A stretch of DNA of 64,000 nucleotides from Actinomycetes bacterium (lineage in GTDB: Bacteria; Actinomycetota; Acidimicrobiia; Spongiisociales; UBA5794), in contig JAHEJX010000003.1 of the NCBI GenBank assembly GCA_024638645.1, positions 1,395-65,394 of the forward strand, written 5' to 3'. The number at the start of each line of letters is the position of its first letter. Positions within the stretch are counted from its first letter, which is position 1. The translations under genes were made by a program, and so were the position numbers. Positions 29,823 through 39,013 of the stretch are shown here, piece by piece. The notes below the pieces were generated by a model that saw nothing but the letters and a program-made list of their open reading frames with translations, did not search any database and had not been told where the DNA came from.

Positions 29823-29999
29823 GGTTCCCCTGTAGCGAGTTTGCTACGCAAACGTCGGGGAACCGACGAGCGTAGGCCGTTGGCGATGGGCGTGTTAGGG
29901 GTGGCGTGGGCACGCTGTTCGCGTCTGCTGAGACCTCCGCTACGAGCTCGGGTGGGCTGCGCCCGTTCGCTACGGGGGAGCCGACACAGCCCCTAACAT
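29823..29999 (+). other. structured 5' leader candidate upstream of glcD
   Basis: There is a nested hairpin, GGTTCCCC(29823-30)...GGGGAACC(29857-64), with inner GTAGC/GCTAC and GTTTGC/GCAAAC stems. A 10-bp long-range helix, GTGTTAGGGG(29892-901)/CCCCTAACAT(29990-99), encloses ~90 nt. Confidence 0.3.
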
Positions 30000-30006
30000 C
30001 GCTTGC

Positions 30007-31428
30007 ATGAGTTTCGCCGCAGACCTTCGCGCCGTTCTCGCTGACGATCAGGTTCTCGACCATCCGCTTGACCTACATGTCTACGCGAAGGATGCCGGGG
30101 TGACGCCGGGCATCGTGGCTGCGGTTGTCTTTCCGGAGTCCTCCGAACAGGTTGCCGCAGCCGTCAAGATCGCGGCAAAGCACGAGGTCCCGATCGTCGC
30201 CCGTGGAGCCGGTACCGGCCTCTCTGGCGGCGCGGTGCCCACTAGACCCGGGCTGATCGTCGCTCTCACCCGGCTCAATCAGATCGAGGAGGTCGACGAA
30301 GCAGCTCGAACTGCGTGGGTTGGGCCGGGAGTAATCAACCTCGACCTGTCCGCTCACACCATGCCGCTCGGTCTCCACTATGCACCGGACCCGTCATCGC
30401 AGTCCGCGTGCACCATTGGCGGCAATGTGGGCACCAATGCCGGAGGCCCCCATTGCCTTGCAGAGGGGACGACCGTCTCGCACATTCTGGCTTTGGAACT
30501 GATAACGGCGGAGGGTGAGATCGTGATGCTGGGCGGGGCCGAGCCGGACCCACTCGGCCTCGACCTGGTGGGCGTCGTCGTCGGATCCGAGGGCACGATG
30601 GGTCTCGTCACGCGGATTCTCGTGAAGCTCACAGAAAACCCGCCCGAAGTGCGCACGCTATTGCTTGCGTTCGACTCGATCGAGGCGGCCGCTGCGGCCG
30701 TCTCTGCAGTCATTGCAGCCGGCGTAGTCCCGGCCGCGATGGAGCTCATGGATCAACCGATGATCGAAGCTGTCGAGAACTTCAAATCATGCGGCTTTCC
30801 GATCACCGCCGCCGTACTCATTGCCGAAGTCGCGGGCCACCCGGCTGCCGTTGACTCAGAGGCTGCAGTCGTCGCTCAGGCCGGGCGAGACGCCGGTGCC
30901 ACCGAGATTCGCATCGCCGCCACCGAGATCGAGCGCGACCTCATATGGCTCGGCCGCAAGTCGGCATTCGGCGCAGTGGCTTACGCCGCGCCCGATTATT
31001 ACCTGCACGACACCGTCGTTCCGCGCACTCGGCTGGTCGAGACGATGTCGGCCATTTACGAGATCGGAGCGCGCCATGGCATCCAAATGCTCAACGTGTT
31101 CCACGCCGGAGACGGCAACCTCCATCCGCTCGTCGCTTTCGACGCCAAAGAGCCCGGCATGCTCGAACGGGTCAAGGCTGCCGCAGACGAGATGGTCAGA
31201 GTGTCGATCGGAGTGGGGGGCGCCCTCAGCGGCGAACATGGAGTTGGTTTGGAGAAGCGAGATCTCATGGGGGAGGTGTTCTCTCCGATGGACCTCGACG
31301 CCCAGGCCCGTCTCAGGGAAGCGTTCGACCCAAAAGGCCTTCTCAATCCCGACAAGATTCTGCCCGAGGGCTCCCGTTGCTATGACTTTGGACTGGTCGC
31401 CAATCTCGAGCCGGACTCCCTTAAATGA
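30007..31428 (+). CDS. glcD: FAD-linked oxidase, glycolate oxidase subunit GlcD-like
   Basis: It has an FAD_binding_4 N-terminal region (VVFPESSEQV..V...A....PIVARGAGTGLSGGA) and a C-terminal GGALSGEHGVG motif. Confidence 0.85.
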   Translation: MSFAADLRAVLADDQVLDHPLDLHVYAKDAGVTPGIVAAVVFPESSEQVAAAVKIAAKHEVPIVARGAGTGLSGGAVPTRPGLIVALTRLNQIEEVDEAARTAWVGPGVINLDLSAHTMPLGLHYAPDPSSQSACTIGGNVGTNAGGPHCLAEGTTVSHILALELITAEGEIVMLGGAEPDPLGLDLVGVVVGSEGTMGLVTRILVKLTENPPEVRTLLLAFDSIEAAAAAVSAVIAAGVVPAAMELMDQPMIEAVENFKSCGFPITAAVLIAEVAGHPAAVDSEAAVVAQAGRDAGATEIRIAATEIERDLIWLGRKSAFGAVAYAAPDYYLHDTVVPRTRLVETMSAIYEIGARHGIQMLNVFHAGDGNLHPLVAFDAKEPGMLERVKAAADEMVRVSIGVGGALSGEHGVGLEKRDLMGEVFSPMDLDAQARLREAFDPKGLLNPDKILPEGSRCYDFGLVANLEPDSLK

Positions 31429-32522
31429 CGGCACGGGCAATAGAGGACTGGCAGGTCACGGCACCGGAGGGCGCTGCTTCGGAGGTATTGGCACTCGCTC
31501 CGCCGGATCTGGATTCGGTGGCCCGGGTACTCGAATGGGCCAGCCTCGAGGGCCGCCCGGTCATTCCGTGGGGCGGTGGCACTCACATGGGTCCGCCAAC
31601 GGGCGCTCCGCCTGAAATCCTGTTGTTGACCAGCGAGCTGAATCGGGTCGTTGACTACCAGCCGGACGATCTGACGCTGGTAGTCGAAGCCGGGGCCCTT
31701 GTGACTGACGTAGAAGCGTTGCTGGCAGAACGCAGGCAGAGTGCCGTGCTTGCCGAGCATGCCGCCGGCTCGACGATCGGCGGAATGATCGCCTCGGGCG
31801 TGAGCGGCTATCGGCGTTTGCGCTACGGCCCGACTCGGGAGCGAATTCTCGAGGTGACCGTGGCCACCGGAGACGGGAGGGTGATCACGGCCGGGGGCAG
31901 GGTCGTCAAGAACGTCACCGGCTACGACATCCCCCGGCTCATGTCCGGGTCGCAGGGCGCTCTAGGCGTGATCGGTCAGGTGTGTCTCAAGCTATGGCCG
32001 GTGCCGGAGGCGTCGGCCAGCCTGTCGATGGAAGTAGCCGCCTTCCGCTCGCTGTATCGGCCGCTGGCTTTGCTCGAAACGGAGCGCGGCGCCACGGCTT
32101 ACCTTGCCGGCACAGCCGAAGAAGTCGCAGGCCAGGCTCAAGCAGTCGGTGCAGAGGCGCGGGCGGGTCTTGATTGGCCCGAGCCGCTGACGCAAAGCAC
32201 CCAAATCGAGCTCCGGGTTCCCGCACCGCTGGTCGCGGCCGCTGTAGAGCAGGTCAGAGCAGCCGACGCCGAATCGTTCCGCGCCCAGCACCGCGTCGGC
32301 GTCGTTGCCGCCGGCTTTGCCGAGTGGTCGGACGACCGATTGGCCGCCCTGCGCTCCTGGGCAGAGGGTCAGGGGGGCGCAGCCGTTGTTGCGGCGGCAA
32401 GCAAACAGGATGTGGACCGTTGGGGTGCTCCGCCGGCATCCGTCGAGCTGCAGCGCAGAGTGAAGGAAGCCTTCGATCCGCGCCGGATCTTGGTTCCAGG
32501 CCGACTTCCCGGAGGTGTGTGA
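31425..32522 (+). CDS. glcE: FAD-binding subunit GlcE-like
   Basis: Overlaps glcD by 4 nt. GGGTH......P...L....L.RVVDYQP.DLT..VEAG and VKNVTGYD motifs are present. Confidence 0.75.
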   Translation: MTARAIEDWQVTAPEGAASEVLALAPPDLDSVARVLEWASLEGRPVIPWGGGTHMGPPTGAPPEILLLTSELNRVVDYQPDDLTLVVEAGALVTDVEALLAERRQSAVLAEHAAGSTIGGMIASGVSGYRRLRYGPTRERILEVTVATGDGRVITAGGRVVKNVTGYDIPRLMSGSQGALGVIGQVCLKLWPVPEASASLSMEVAAFRSLYRPLALLETERGATAYLAGTAEEVAGQAQAVGAEARAGLDWPEPLTQSTQIELRVPAPLVAAAVEQVRAADAESFRAQHRVGVVAAGFAEWSDDRLAALRSWAEGQGGAAVVAAASKQDVDRWGAPPASVELQRRVKEAFDPRRILVPGRLPGGV

Positions 32523-33760
32523 TGCCATGGGAGACCAGCCACGCCCCACGTCAGCATGAGCTCGACGCTTGTGTGACGTGCGGGCTGTGCCTGCCGAAGT
32601 GCCCGACCTTCCGGTTGACGGGCAGCGAATCGGCATCCCCGCGGGGCAGGCTGGCTGCGATGTCGGCGGTTGCCTCCGACATCGCAATTGTCGACTCGCG
32701 TTTCGACGAGATCATGAGTTTCTGTCTCCAGTGCAGGGCCTGTGAACCGGTGTGTCCGTCGGTCGTTCCATTTGGGCGTGCCATGGAAGGCGCCCGCGCC
32801 GAGACAGCGGCACAGCTGCCCCATCGGGCCAGGAAGCTGCGCGCACTGCTGCTCGGTCCGAATGGTCTCGGATCTCGGGCTGCGGTCCGGGTGGCGACGC
32901 TCCTGGCTGCGGTCGGGCAGCGCCTGCGCCTCGACAAGCTTCCCGTTCGACTGATGACACGAATCTCCGGCTTGCGGCGAATCCCTCTCGCTCCGCAATC
33001 CCACCTCGGAGTCCTCCGTTCGTCGGTCGGTGAACGCATCGGCAGTATCGGGCTTCTCGCCGGATGTGTTCAGGATTCCTGGTTCGGTGGAGTCAATGAC
33101 GCTGCCGTCGAACTGCTCGCCCGAGCCGGATACGACGTCCACGTGCCAACCGGCCAGACGTGCTGCGGCGCACTTGCCGCCCATGATGGTGCGGTTGCCG
33201 GCGCCGAATCGCTGGCAGCGATCAACGCGGCGGCCTTCAGCGAATACGACCTGGTGGTGGCAACTGCGGCCGGCTGCAGCGCTCACTTGGCCGGCTATTC
33301 GGAATGGACCCAAAGCGGCGCGGCGGTCGAGGACCGGGCTCGGGACATCACGGTCGTGATCGCCGACGCCATCGCGGCCGGCCGTCTGCCCACCTTGCCG
33401 CCGCGTAATCAAGAGGTGGCGATTCAGGACCCATGCCACTTGCGTCATGCACAACGCATCATCAATGAGCCACGGGCGATAGTCCGTGCCGCCGGGTACG
33501 TGCCGGTCGAAATCGATCCTGACGGCATGTGCTGCGGGGCAGCTGGGATATATGTGCTCACCAACCCGGAGACGTCAGACGAGCTAGGCAACAAGAAGGC
33601 CGACCAGGTCCGAGCCAGCGGCGCCACACTGGTGGCGAGTGCCAACCCAGGCTGTGAAATGCAGCTACGCACGAATCTGGGAACTGCCTACGAAGTCAAG
33701 CACCCCATCGAGATCTACGCGGATGCGTTGAGGAGTTCGTATCGGGCTGCCGGTGCCTAG
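32522..33760 (+). CDS. glcF: glycolate oxidase iron-sulfur subunit GlcF-like
   Basis: Start set at MPWETS, overlapping the glcE stop. It has two ferredoxin-type clusters (CVTCGLCLPKCP and CLQCRACEPVCP) plus two CCG domains (..CCGA). Confidence 0.8.
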   Translation: MPWETSHAPRQHELDACVTCGLCLPKCPTFRLTGSESASPRGRLAAMSAVASDIAIVDSRFDEIMSFCLQCRACEPVCPSVVPFGRAMEGARAETAAQLPHRARKLRALLLGPNGLGSRAAVRVATLLAAVGQRLRLDKLPVRLMTRISGLRRIPLAPQSHLGVLRSSVGERIGSIGLLAGCVQDSWFGGVNDAAVELLARAGYDVHVPTGQTCCGALAAHDGAVAGAESLAAINAAAFSEYDLVVATAAGCSAHLAGYSEWTQSGAAVEDRARDITVVIADAIAAGRLPTLPPRNQEVAIQDPCHLRHAQRIINEPRAIVRAAGYVPVEIDPDGMCCGAAGIYVLTNPETSDELGNKKADQVRASGATLVASANPGCEMQLRTNLGTAYEVKHPIEIYADALRSSYRAAGA

Positions 33761-33791
33761 GAGCGCCCTCCAGATTCGAGATGCCGGATAA

Positions 33792-34649
33792 CTACAACGC
33801 CTTTTCGTAGAGGAAGAGACTCTCCAGCTCGAAGCCGGCTCGGGTGGCAGCTTCCTCGAGCCACGGCACCGCAGGTGCCATGATCTCCAGTGCACTGGCA
33901 CGCTCTACTCCGGCTACTCCCAACAGCGCAGCCAGATGCTCTTGGGCCCGGTCCGGCGTAGTTTGGATCCACCCAACCTCGAGGTAGCTGTCCCTGGGGG
34001 CAGCAATAGCCCATCCGGTAGGCCCGGCAAACAGCGCGCCGTGGTCGGCGGCGCGCTCGAGGTCCTCAGGATGCAGTCGCCGCCATTGCCAATTCACCGA
34101 CATCATGCGACGGGACAGTCGGCTCAGCTCGCCCGCTGACCAGGCGTAGAAGGCCGGCCCGGCTTCGGCGAGCCCGACCCTCTGCAGCGGATCCGGCGGC
34201 CGGACCTTTGCGGCATCGCGCCGTCCGGAGTGTTCAGTCGTCTGGAAAGCGCGCAGCCACTGGGCCGTCTGGCGAAAGCCGATGCGAGTGACTTGCCCGC
34301 GGGCGGCTTGGTTCCAGTCCTCGATCATGAGCTGGGCGACCTTGGCACCTTGTGATGCACCCCATTCTTGGAGTGCTTGCCCGAGCTTGGATGCTATGCC
34401 TTTGCGCCGCCATTTCGGGTGCACGCGCACCCCTTGCAGCCACAGCTCGTCGAGGCTCAGCAATATGCCACGGGCGACTGCGACCGGTTCATCAGTGCTG
34501 TCGGCCGCGACGAGAACTTGTGACTGTGGATGCGTCAGCCAGTCGTCGAATGAATCGACCACGTAGTCGCCCCAGGCAAACGTGTGTGACGTCCATGGAA
34601 CGAGAAGCTCCTTGTCGGCGGCGCGCGCCTGTCGCAGCAGATAGTCCAT
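33792..34649 (-). CDS. GNAT family N-acetyltransferase (two-lobed)
   Basis: Start set at MDYLLRQA. It has the acetyl-CoA binding motif VHPKWRRKGIASKLGQAL (Q/RxxGxG/A-like). Confidence 0.7.
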   Translation of the reverse strand: MDYLLRQARAADKELLVPWTSHTFAWGDYVVDSFDDWLTHPQSQVLVAADSTDEPVAVARGILLSLDELWLQGVRVHPKWRRKGIASKLGQALQEWGASQGAKVAQLMIEDWNQAARGQVTRIGFRQTAQWLRAFQTTEHSGRRDAAKVRPPDPLQRVGLAEAGPAFYAWSAGELSRLSRRMMSVNWQWRRLHPEDLERAADHGALFAGPTGWAIAAPRDSYLEVGWIQTTPDRAQEHLAALLGVAGVERASALEIMAPAVPWLEEAATRAGFELESLFLYEKAL

Positions 34650-34745
34650 CGCCGTCAGGATATTCGCCCATTGCCGTTCGTTTTGCCGACGTTGTGTGCA
34701 ACTAGTTCTAACCTTTCGGTAGCTAACAAGGGGACTTGGCAACCA

Positions 34746-36887
34746 GTGACCGTCACACCGTTGGAACCGGCGCCTGCCACGTCGTTCGACGATCTCTATT
34801 CGGTCGCGCGAGGCGACCTATATCGCGCCCTTGCGGCGATCACGGACGATCGTGATCTCGCCACGGAGGCGGTAGATATCGGCTTTACCCGGTGGCGCCG
34901 CCGACTCCGCAAGCCATCTGCTGTGCAGCCTGCCGCCGGAGTGATGGCCGGGGCATTCAAGTTCGCTTCGAAGCAGGCGGCGAATGTATCTGGAATGAGC
35001 GGATTTCGTTTGCAGTCCGATACTGCGGCCGATGACGAGCCTTACCTGGATCGCTTCAAGAAGTTGAGCATCGACGAGCGAGCAATCCTCGTGATGCGAG
35101 ACGTTCTGGGCTGGAATGCCGAGTCGATCAGCCACGCAATCGGTGCAGAAGGTGTGACTCGAATTGTTGCATCGATCGATGACCGGATGACGAACAACGG
35201 AATCGATCCCGCCCGCATGGCCGAGGCGCTGCGCGCCCTGTCTGCCACCCATCGCGAGCCTTTGAGTCGTCTAGACGCGGTAAAGGCCAAGGGCGGACTC
35301 CAGAAGGTCGGCGCTTTCGTCGGCGGAGCTGCGATCGTCGTGGCGGCCGTCGCAGGTGGGGTGGCGGTGGTGAACAGCATTGGTTCCACCGGTACAAATC
35401 CGATAGCGAGCGGCGCTCCATCGACGACCGGCTCCGAGGCTTCGGGCCCCGCGTTGACTGGGGAAAACGCCGTGTGGCAGCGGGTGCCGGTTCCTGTCAA
35501 GAGCGACAACATCATGACGCTGGCGCACAACGGTGAGAAGTTCTTCATGCTGGCCAGCGACGAGCGGGGCCGTCCCGCCATGCTCGAATCGGAAAACGGC
35601 CTCGACTGGGCTCAGATTCCGGCCCCACCGGCCGGGCAGAACATGTGGTTCCAACAGATGGTGGCGACACGCAACCAGTTGGTCCTCGTCGGCCAGGGTT
35701 TCGATGAGATCAGAGGTAACGATTCGACGGTGGTCTTCATCAGCACCGACGACGGGGGGTGGGTCCAGGCCGACCTGCCGATCGAGGACAGCGTCGAGAT
35801 AGACGGACAAGTGCTCGACCTATACACGTGGGTCAGCAATGTCAGCGTGACAGACGAAGGCATGACGATCGTGGGCAACCAGGGCGCTGAGTTCGATGTG
35901 GATCGCATCCTCCGGGAGAAGGTCGACCCCGAACTGCTCAATCGCGGCTGGGGTTTCGATGCCAACGGAATGCAGTTCTATGACGACTCCGGGAACGTTA
36001 CCGAAACCAACACTTGGGAAGAGCTCGGCATCAGCCCGGAACTGGGAGCTTTGCTTGGCGGCAACCGCCCAATCATTTGGACCAGCACCGACGGCGTCGA
36101 GTGGAATGCAAGCGTCTCAGACATGCCGGCCGGAACGCAAGGTGTGGGGGGGTACGCCACGATCGGTGCGGCCGACGCCATATTGGCGTGGGGGCAACGA
36201 GGCCAATCTGTCTGGGTCAAGGTCGCCGACGGTGAGTGGCAGCGTCCGGCAATCGAAGCCTCGCTCAACGCTCTGACCTCGTGGAACGGCAAGCTCGTCG
36301 TGTCAGGTCATGACAACAGCACCGGCAGGCCTTCCGTGTGGTCGTCTTCCGACGGGGTCGCCTGGGAACGCAGCGAGTTGCCGGTGGCTATCCAGCAGTT
36401 CTATCCCTCGGCGGATAGCTTGGTCGGTTTCGGAATCGAGAATGAGTTTGCGGTGATCGGCCCAGCCGAAATCCAGGTCGGCGATCTGACGGTGCGCAAC
36501 TCCACGGACAGCCGCTTCACCGTTCTGGACGCCGACGGCAATGTGATTGTTGATGTGTTCGAGGAGGACATCGTGCGCGGCGAGCTCATCACGATCAACG
36601 ATCCGGAAACCGGCGAGCAAGTAGTCCAGTTCTCAAATCGCGATCTCGAGGGCGCTTGGCAGCGTCTCTATCAGGAGCTCGAAGGCAACAACCAGGGCCC
36701 GCCTCGCATGTCCATCGCCTTGTCGGACGATGGCATCAACTGGACCATTCTCCAGCCTGAGGAGCCGAACTTCTACCCACAAGCGGTCGCGTATGGCAAC
36801 AACAGCGCCCTGATGGCCGGGTGGGTCGAAGGCGACTTCTTCGGCGTCGGCGGTGGAATGCGACTGCTGCTCGTGACAGCCGGGTGA
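34746..36887 (+). CDS. ECF-sigma-like N-terminal domain fused through one TM helix to an Asp-box (BNR) repeat ectodomain
   Basis: The N-terminal ~160 aa has sigma region-2/4-like segments (LSIDERAILVMRDVLGWNAESISHAIG..GVTRI). A TM helix lies at about 35307-35372. Five SxDxGxxW Asp-boxes follow (SENGLDW, STDDGGW, STDGVEW, SSDGVAW, SDDGINW). The GTG at 34746 is preferred as start; the ORF track starts at 34671. Confidence 0.65.
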   Translation: MTVTPLEPAPATSFDDLYSVARGDLYRALAAITDDRDLATEAVDIGFTRWRRRLRKPSAVQPAAGVMAGAFKFASKQAANVSGMSGFRLQSDTAADDEPYLDRFKKLSIDERAILVMRDVLGWNAESISHAIGAEGVTRIVASIDDRMTNNGIDPARMAEALRALSATHREPLSRLDAVKAKGGLQKVGAFVGGAAIVVAAVAGGVAVVNSIGSTGTNPIASGAPSTTGSEASGPALTGENAVWQRVPVPVKSDNIMTLAHNGEKFFMLASDERGRPAMLESENGLDWAQIPAPPAGQNMWFQQMVATRNQLVLVGQGFDEIRGNDSTVVFISTDDGGWVQADLPIEDSVEIDGQVLDLYTWVSNVSVTDEGMTIVGNQGAEFDVDRILREKVDPELLNRGWGFDANGMQFYDDSGNVTETNTWEELGISPELGALLGGNRPIIWTSTDGVEWNASVSDMPAGTQGVGGYATIGAADAILAWGQRGQSVWVKVADGEWQRPAIEASLNALTSWNGKLVVSGHDNSTGRPSVWSSSDGVAWERSELPVAIQQFYPSADSLVGFGIENEFAVIGPAEIQVGDLTVRNSTDSRFTVLDADGNVIVDVFEEDIVRGELITINDPETGEQVVQFSNRDLEGAWQRLYQELEGNNQGPPRMSIALSDDGINWTILQPEEPNFYPQAVAYGNNSALMAGWVEGDFFGVGGGMRLLLVTAG

Positions 36888-36980
36888 CGGGCGGGATCCC
36901 TGTGAGTAACACGTATTGCGTAAGAGGTACCACGGCGGCGAGCTAGCCGGTCGTGACACCTAGTACGTAGTGCGCAGGCT

Positions 36981-39011
36981 CTAGTACCTCGCCAGCCTGG
37001 CAGCCCGTTCCACAATTCCCTCGACGCTGGGCATGATCTGGCTCTCCAGGCCACCGGCGAATGGGAAGGCGGGAACCTCAGGGGCGGCGTATCGCTGGAT
37101 CGGTGCATCGAGCCAGTCGAACGACTTCTCGGCGATCTGGGCCGCCACTTCGGCACCGAAGCCGAGGAACTCGTTGTCCTCGTGGACGATCAACACCTTG
37201 CCGGTGTGCGCAACCGCGTGCTGGATCGATGGCCAGTCGAGCGGTCGTAACGACCGGAGGTCGAGGATGCGAGCGTCAACTCCCATTGCTGAGAGCCGGT
37301 CCGCAGCTTCGAGGGCACGGAACGACATGGTGCCGTATGCGATGATCGTCACGTCGTCGCCTTTTCGTCGCAGCGCGGCTTTGCCGAGCGGGACCGCCCA
37401 GTCCGGATCCTCGGGGAGCGGTCCGGTGGCAAGTCGATACAGCTTCTTTGGCTCGAGGAACATGACAGGATCTGGGTCCTCGACCGCCGTGCGCATGAGA
37501 CCGAGCACGTCTGCCGGGGTTGATGGCACTACGACCTTCAGCCCCGGCACATGTGCGTAGAACGCCTCGATCGACTGTGAGTGGTAGAGGGCGCCGTGAA
37601 CTCCGCCTCCATACGGCACTCTTATGACCATGGGGCACGTCCAACGGCCGTTGGAGCGGTAGTGAATTCGGGCTGCCTCCGACACGATCTGGTCGAAGGC
37701 GGGGTGAATGAAGTCGGCGAATTGGATCTCGGCGATCGGCTTGCCACCGGCTGCGGCCATGCCTATGGCTGCACCGATGATCAGAGACTCGGCAAGGGGC
37801 GCATTGAATGCTCGATCCACCCCGTACTCGTCCGTCAGGCCCTTGGTCGCTTTGAAAACACCACCTTTCGGGTCGGCAACGTCTTCGCCGAATACCCGCA
37901 CCTCAGGTGACCTATTCATGGCGTCGTGCAGTGCCCGATTGACGGCAGTGATCAGGTTCACCTCCGGCCCATCCGGGACCTCTTCGATCTCCGTCACCGC
38001 AACAGAAGGGACCACCGGATTGGCGTAGACAGAGCTGAGGGCATCTGCCGGCTCGGGTGCGGCATCGGCAGTTGCCACCGCTCTTGTTACAGCGCCGTCC
38101 ACATCTTCAGCGATCTCATCCTCGAGCTCCTCACCGAGGAGCCGGGCCTCGATGAGGTACTGACGCATGATCTCGATTGGATCGCGCCGGCGCCACAGCT
38201 CGACCTCCTCTGCGCTGCGATAGAGCTTGTCGTCATCGTCCGAGGTGTGCGCATGGAAGCGATACGTCTTGGCCTCGATGAGCGTCGGCCCTTCGCCGCC
38301 GCGCGCCCGGTCGACTGCGGCTCTCATCACGCCGTACACGGCAAGGGGGTCGTTGCCGTCAACTTCGATGCCTTTGATGCCGTAGCCGGCAGCCCGTTCC
38401 GCGACTGAGCCTGCAACCTCTTGCTCGTATGGCACGGAGATGGCGTAGAGGTTGTTCTGGATCAAGAAGATCACGGGCAAGTCGTGGATGCCGGCGAAGT
38501 TCATGGCTTCGTGCCAGTCGCCCTCCGAGGTGGCGCCCTCACCAGACATGACGGCGACGACGCCGTCCGAACCCGAGACCTTGAGCCGGTAGGCAATCCC
38601 GCATGCGTGCGGGAATTGGGTGGCAATCACAGATGAGTGGGTGAAGACGTTGCGGTCGGGTTCTGACCAGTGGTTCGGCATTTGCCGACCTCCACTCGCA
38701 GGGTCTCCCTCCTTGGCAAACACCGATAGGAAGAAGTCCTCGGGAGTAAGGCCCAGTGCGAGGTTGAAGGCAATGTCGCGGTAGTAGGGCAGCGACCAAT
38801 CCTTGGTGGAATCCAGGGCGAACGCGGCGCCCACTTGCACACCCTCGTGGCCGGCCACCGACACGACGAAGGGCACCCGGCCTTGGCGATTCAACGCCCA
38901 CATTCGGTCGTCGACGCGCCTGGCGAGCACCATGGCTCGGTAGATGTCAACTGCCTGTTCGTCGCTCAGGCCAAGTGCTTGGTGGCTCATCGAGTTGTCG
39001 ATGTCCAGCAT
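36981..39011 (-). CDS. 2-oxoacid dehydrogenase E1 component, alpha and beta subunits fused in one polypeptide
   Basis: The N-terminal half is E1-alpha (TPP motif GEGATSEGDWHEAMNFAG....PVIF..QNN.YAIS). The C-terminal half is E1-beta (VFGEDV.DPKGGVFK.T.GL......RAFN.PL.E, then a transketolase C-like region). Confidence 0.85.
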   Translation of the reverse strand: MLDIDNSMSHQALGLSDEQAVDIYRAMVLARRVDDRMWALNRQGRVPFVVSVAGHEGVQVGAAFALDSTKDWSLPYYRDIAFNLALGLTPEDFFLSVFAKEGDPASGGRQMPNHWSEPDRNVFTHSSVIATQFPHACGIAYRLKVSGSDGVVAVMSGEGATSEGDWHEAMNFAGIHDLPVIFLIQNNLYAISVPYEQEVAGSVAERAAGYGIKGIEVDGNDPLAVYGVMRAAVDRARGGEGPTLIEAKTYRFHAHTSDDDDKLYRSAEEVELWRRRDPIEIMRQYLIEARLLGEELEDEIAEDVDGAVTRAVATADAAPEPADALSSVYANPVVPSVAVTEIEEVPDGPEVNLITAVNRALHDAMNRSPEVRVFGEDVADPKGGVFKATKGLTDEYGVDRAFNAPLAESLIIGAAIGMAAAGGKPIAEIQFADFIHPAFDQIVSEAARIHYRSNGRWTCPMVIRVPYGGGVHGALYHSQSIEAFYAHVPGLKVVVPSTPADVLGLMRTAVEDPDPVMFLEPKKLYRLATGPLPEDPDWAVPLGKAALRRKGDDVTIIAYGTMSFRALEAADRLSAMGVDARILDLRSLRPLDWPSIQHAVAHTGKVLIVHEDNEFLGFGAEVAAQIAEKSFDWLDAPIQRYAAPEVPAFPFAGGLESQIMPSVEGIVERAARLARY

Positions 39012-39013
39012 TC

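Noticed and set aside
32369-33454. 361-aa minus-strand ORF
   Set aside because: It is antisense to glcF, whose Fe-S and CCG motifs are clear.
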